DNA of 53,740 nt, counting the filler, from Dimargaris cristalligena (lineage: Eukaryota): the NCBI GenBank assembly GCA_003614675.1. It is 2 parts of 2 records of this genome, joined end to end, with 100 filler letters (N's around TTAATTAATTAA, not from the genome) between each part and the next. Parts side by side here need not be neighbours in the genome. Positions count along the whole stretch, not along the records: positions 26,927 to 53,740 come from ML002535.1; 1 more part is not named here. One strand, given 5' to 3'. Positions 48,719-53,740 of this stretch are shown here, piece after piece. The notes beneath the pieces are model-generated. The model saw only the letters and a program-made list of their open reading frames with translations. It had not been told where the DNA came from and ran no database searches. Position numbers and translations under genes: made by a program. Positions within the stretch are counted from its first letter, which is position 1; each line of letters begins with the position of its first letter.

Positions 48719-51700
48719 ATGCGGCTTGCCGTCTCCCACTTCGTTTGGCCCAAGGCTCCAGGGGGGTCAGGTCGTCGTCCCCGGGTTGCTGGGGTTCTCC
48801 TACTCACTGCATCCCCTAGTGTACCGGCCGCCCACCACCCCGGCCTAGCCGTGAGTCAGCGCCGGGCCTATTCGTTTAAACCGCCGTTCAACCCTCCTCC
48901 CCCACGGCAGCCCTTCGATAAACAGCTTCCCGTCTCGACAACTATCTCCCCACCCACCGCCCTGGCCAGCGGGGAGGCCCCCGGTTCCGGCCATTTCCGA
49001 GACGCAGGCCGCAGTCCCCGCCATCCGGAGACCGGTGGTAGTAATCCCCTGAATAGCATGGGCATGGGCATGGGCGTGGGGGTGGGCGTAGGTAGTGGTG
49101 GTCAGGGAGGCCCTCCCCGGCGGCCCCCGCCACCGTCTCAGAACTACGACCTTTTGAATGGGCTGCCCCGTAACCTAAGTGAAACCCCCTCGCCGCCCCC
49201 TATCAAAGGTCCTTCGCCGCCCGGAACTAAACCCCCGGCCTCGACCCCGGACCACCCCACCCAACATGCCCAGCCCCGTCCTCCGCATTACTATTTCGAT
49301 ATGTTTAGCTCGGGCTACTCGCAGACCGCCGAGTCGGGCCCAGCTGCCCGCGTAGCCGACGAAGGTCCGACCCACCCCGTGTTGTCGAACCCACGCCAGG
49401 TAAGTTGGATCAGTGAAGGGTTTGGTGGTAACCCAATTTCCTCAGTAAGGACCGGGAAGTAAGGGTAACTGTAAATACGTGACCCGATCCTTCCCGAGTA
49501 TTATGCTCTTACTGGGTTAGGATCCTACCGCACTTCCCTGGGTCACCCGGTGCTTTCGCCATACCTTTGGATTCTCGGGAGAGGTGCTCGATCCTGGAAC
49601 TTAGGTATACTTCCGGTTCACTTGATTTTAACCTGGGTTCATACTAATATACGCTGGTTTTCCTATTGATGATCCAGATTGTCAAATACCTGGACGAGTA
49701 CATTATCGGCCAAGAGAGAGCCAAGAAGACTTTGGCGGTGGCCGTATTCAATCATTACAATCGAGTTCGCGCCAATACCACCCAATCGTCATCCCCGACT
49801 CTCCCCCACGATGCCAGTGCCGGGCACCCTCCTCATTCTGGTAAGCCATGGCTACCGCCCCCATATTTTTCCCCCGGGTTGGCTACTCTTTTACCCCTCA
49901 TTCATAGCCGCATAGTATCTCCTCCCCTGGCATGGCATTCCAAAGCTGGTTATTCTATGGTATGTATCTGATATATTGGCGTTTATGTTGATCCTAATAT
50001 ATCTTCTAACCCCATGCCCATATCACATTAATCACACCCAGCGGCCAACTCCCATGTTCCTGCAGGAATGTCGCCCGCCCCAGCCAATCCCGATAACCTG
50101 GTCCCTGGGTCGTACCACCAGGTCAACCGCCACTGGGTGAACCCTACCACCAACGGGGGCAATAGTGGCTCCTCTAACTGGCCCGCCTCGGCTCTGATCA
50201 CCCCTGAACACCACCCATCCCTTCCGTCCACCTGCCCGGCCACGACCACCACTCATCCTACCGACAGCAGTGCATCGGATCATGGCCTGGGCCCCAATCA
50301 TGCTCTCTCTTCTGTCCCCAATTCCTCCCCCGCTTCCCCTCTACACCCCAACATACCCAGCACCATCTACGACAAGAGCAATGTTCTGTTACTAGGCCCC
50401 ACTGGGTCCGGTAAAACCCTCCTCGCCCGTACCCTGGCCAAGGTTCTCAACGTTCCCTTTTCCATGTCCGACGCCACCCCCTTCACCCAGGCGGGTTATG
50501 TTGGCGAAGACGTTGAGCTAGTCATTCAAAGGCTACTCCAGAGTTGCGACTATAACGTCAAGAAAGCCGAGCAGGGAATTGTATTCATTGACGAAATCGA
50601 CAAGATCACCCGTAAAACGGATCACAGTTCGTCCACCAAGGATGTGTCCGGCGAAGGCGTCCAGCAGGCTTTGCTGCGGATGCTGGAGGGAACCATCGTG
50701 AATATCGTGGATAAAACGGGCGGGGCGGGCGCTAACAGTGGTCGACGCCCCGGGTCTATTCCCTCCGTCACTAATGGTGGTGCCCCGCAGTTTGGAGCCG
50801 GAGGCAATGGCAGCGGCGGTGCCCCTGTTCACAGCAGCGGGGTGGGTCCAGGGCTTCCCATGACTCCGGGCAATAGTGGCAGCAGCGGCCCCATAGGTGG
50901 AGGAGGAGGTGGTGGCCCTGGAGGTAAAGGTGATGTTTACTCGGTCGACACCAGCAACATCCTTTTCATCGTCAGTGGTGCTTTCGTCGGTTTGGACAAA
51001 CTCGTCCTCGATCGAGTAGCTAAGGGTTCCATTGGTTTCGGTAATCCGATCCGACCCACTGAACTTGGCTCAACGGGCAGTGAAAATGGAAGAGGCAATG
51101 GTCGTCAATCGACGGTTGCGAACGATCAGCCGCTGCGTAAATTCTTCGACGCCTTAGCCGTGAGTCGCGTATCCGCGACTTCTAGCGATCAGGATTTGTT
51201 TAATTCGCTTGACTACGTGGAGCCAGAAGGTAAGCTTAACTCCGTTCTTTTTCCCCCTCGCCTGGCTTTCATAGATTTGATCGTTGTAGAGCTCGGTACA
51301 TTAATCCCTCCACCACTTAATTTGGTGAGAGCTTCCCTTGTTGTTTTTGCACAGGGGGAAAACTCAATCACGATTGAGATACCATTAGTCCATCGGGAAT
51401 CTCTGACGTTAAATTCCCCTAACCATCCAACACATCCCATATTTGGCCTTTTCCTTCCTTTATCAACCTGTCACCGTCTCTAGACCTCATTAAATACGGG
51501 TTGATTCCCGAATTCGTGGGTCGGTTGCCTGTTTTAGCTAGCGTGGCTCCCCTTAGTATCCAGGCTCTGATTCGAGTACTGACCGAGCCGAAGAACTCGC
51601 TACTGAAGCAGTACGAGGGCCTCTTTGCCATCAATAAGGTTGAGCTCAAGTTTTCGAACATGGCGTTGCAGGCGGTCGCCGAACAGGCCATTCAGAAACA

Positions 51701-52247
51701 AACTGGAGCTCGCGGGCTGCGTCGTATTATGGTGAGTTTTCGTTTATTCCTTATTCTGCTTCCCACCAACGTAAATATGAAGGTTTTCCATAGTGAGGAT
51801 GACCAACCTTTCCGGCGTCTCTGCCAATTCCCACTACTACCCCTCTACCTGACTACCACCTTACAAGATCTAATGATTAACAATTATTTTCATCATTTGT
51901 CTATTACCTTTTTGCCCCCCCCCCTCGGCATAATTTCTATTTTACCTTACTATTATATACAGGAAAATATCCTCCTGGACCCCATGTTCGATGCCCCCGG
52001 CTCCTCTATTCGCTATGTAGTGGTCAACGAAGACGCCGCTCGGTTTAAGAAGCCGGTTCTGTACTTTGGAGTTAACCAACTCATGGAAGCGGAGGAGGCT
52101 ATTGACAAGGACAGCCGAGCCCATGTTAATAATGGAGAACAGGAGGCGGTCCAGTCCCCTGCTGCCGCCACTGCCACCAGTTCGGAACACGATGGTGGAA
52201 TGGCTGAAGCTAAGCCGCAAGCGGCGATTGAGGCTGTTGGACAATAA
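48719..52247 (+). CDS. CLPX: Mitochondrial ClpX AAA+ unfoldase; exons 48719-49399, 49678-49840, 50042 (or 50066)-51229, 51484-51731, 51963-52247 (~854 aa)
   Basis: Motifs [38 protein letters not shown] (Walker A), [17 protein letters not shown] (Walker B), IGF loop, [12 protein letters not shown] and TGARGLR. It has an Arg-rich presequence and the exons join in frame. Confidence 0.95.
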
Positions 52248-53740
52248 GGCTCTGCGATCAGGGAATATTTATACTCCCCTTCCCCATTTCACTTTCTCTC
52301 GCACTTGCTTTAACCACATGGAGGCAATACTGACATATATTGAATATATGGGACGGGTGAGACTGGGATTCCCCACAAGTGCATGCAATTCTACACGTTA
52401 GGGGGATCATATCGTATAAGGGCCCCCTACTTTCCATATGCAGTAATCTATTCGGTGTTTGACAGGACGGATTTACTAAGGCGGATTTATCTAATTTGTC
52501 TAGGAAGACCACATTGTATTCATTTTATAAGCAATGTTTTTTTTGGTTTTTTTTTTGCCATTTCGTCGATTGTCCCCTTTTTCTACACCCCTATCGCCTA
52601 TCCTTACCCTCCGCTGTAGTTTATTATTTTTAACCATTTCATACATTCTTTTTTATTTTATTTTACTGGAACTCGATTACTTCGTAGCACAGCCTGTGCC
52701 GCCGATTTTTTATTAATATTCTTGGCGGGAGATTCGTATCCTACTATAATACCCTATTCTTTCACTCTAACATGTGCCATCCTGCCACTCTCCCCTCCCT
52801 TCCCCTATTTATATATCTATAGCGCTATTTTTTATGTTTGTATTATAAATATTTTAGTAGAAAACCAAGTTGGCAACTTTAGGAAGGTAAGTAAGACGTA
52901 GTAATTCTCGGAAAAGGCATGGGGTGAAGGGCTGTGTGTATCAAATAGGCAAATTTTCTTTCGATGCAGGTAATCCCTCCGCGAACAAGTATACCGGCCA
53001 TTTACAAAGGTAATATGGTGGAGTAAAGTAGGGCAAGGTGGCCCCCTAATTCACTCTCAATTGAGGAATTTAGTTTTAGTTTCGTAGGTTATCCTTCATT
53101 AGCTATGGTGCAGCAAAGCCCCAACGCAGAATATCGCATAATGCTTACTTACCAAATAACAAAAATATAAACATTAAAATTTAAATATTGTAAAACTTTT
53201 CTATGGTGAAATCACCGGCTCAACCCACTACTGGTTCATCATCACAACCACAAAGTCGTCGTTTGCCATCACTTCACAATTTACCACAAGTTCCCATTGT
53301 TCAACAAGCTAATCAATCCTAAATATAGATAACCTCTGATTATAATCAGGAACGACTATATTTATTGATCCTTTCTGACCATATAAATACCAGCAACTTT
53401 GCACCTTCCTGGATACAGTAACCAGTCTCGTCTTTCTAATTATTCCTAATAAAATTCTTTACCTCTGGTTTCCGTCGATTATCTACTATTTTAATTGGAC
53501 TATTTAGATTTTCGCCAAATAGTATCACGTTTCTGTTGTGGTAGGACCTGAGAGTACTTATCCGACTGTAGTATTCCCTTATTAATCAATTCCCATTATT
53601 ATATCCTTTTATCAGTGAAGTCTCGATTTATTATTTTATAGACTTGCAATATTATAGCAAGTGAGAGATACATCAAATATCACTCGCATTTATATTTGAT
53701 ATCATCATTAGCCAGATATATTTGTAAACTCCTCATTATT

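Overview
This window is eukaryotic and fungal. The GT-AG introns, gene families and long low-complexity intergenic regions suggest an early-diverging lineage such as Zoopagomycota; that assignment is inference only. In order it holds: three small secreted Cys-rich protein genes (0.2-5.9 kb); an intronless TSC1/hamartin-like gene transcribed divergently from a 3-exon Ras gene, with two copies of a 144-bp fold-back (MITE-like) element between them; a GT15 alpha-1,2-mannosyltransferase; a CinA/MoCF-domain (Fpy1-like) protein; a 100-nt assembly gap with an artificial linker; a cytochrome P450 pseudogene whose lesions look like CpG deamination; a probable tubby-C/LURP-like gene with a 4-nt first coding exon; RPL18; an Rxt2-like gene; a bacterial-type nuclease A inhibitor (NuiA) homologue with a large acidic insertion; and a 5-exon mitochondrial ClpX. 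The most striking item is the NuiA-like gene, which has no adjacent nuclease. All family assignments come from motif recognition by eye, not from database searches.
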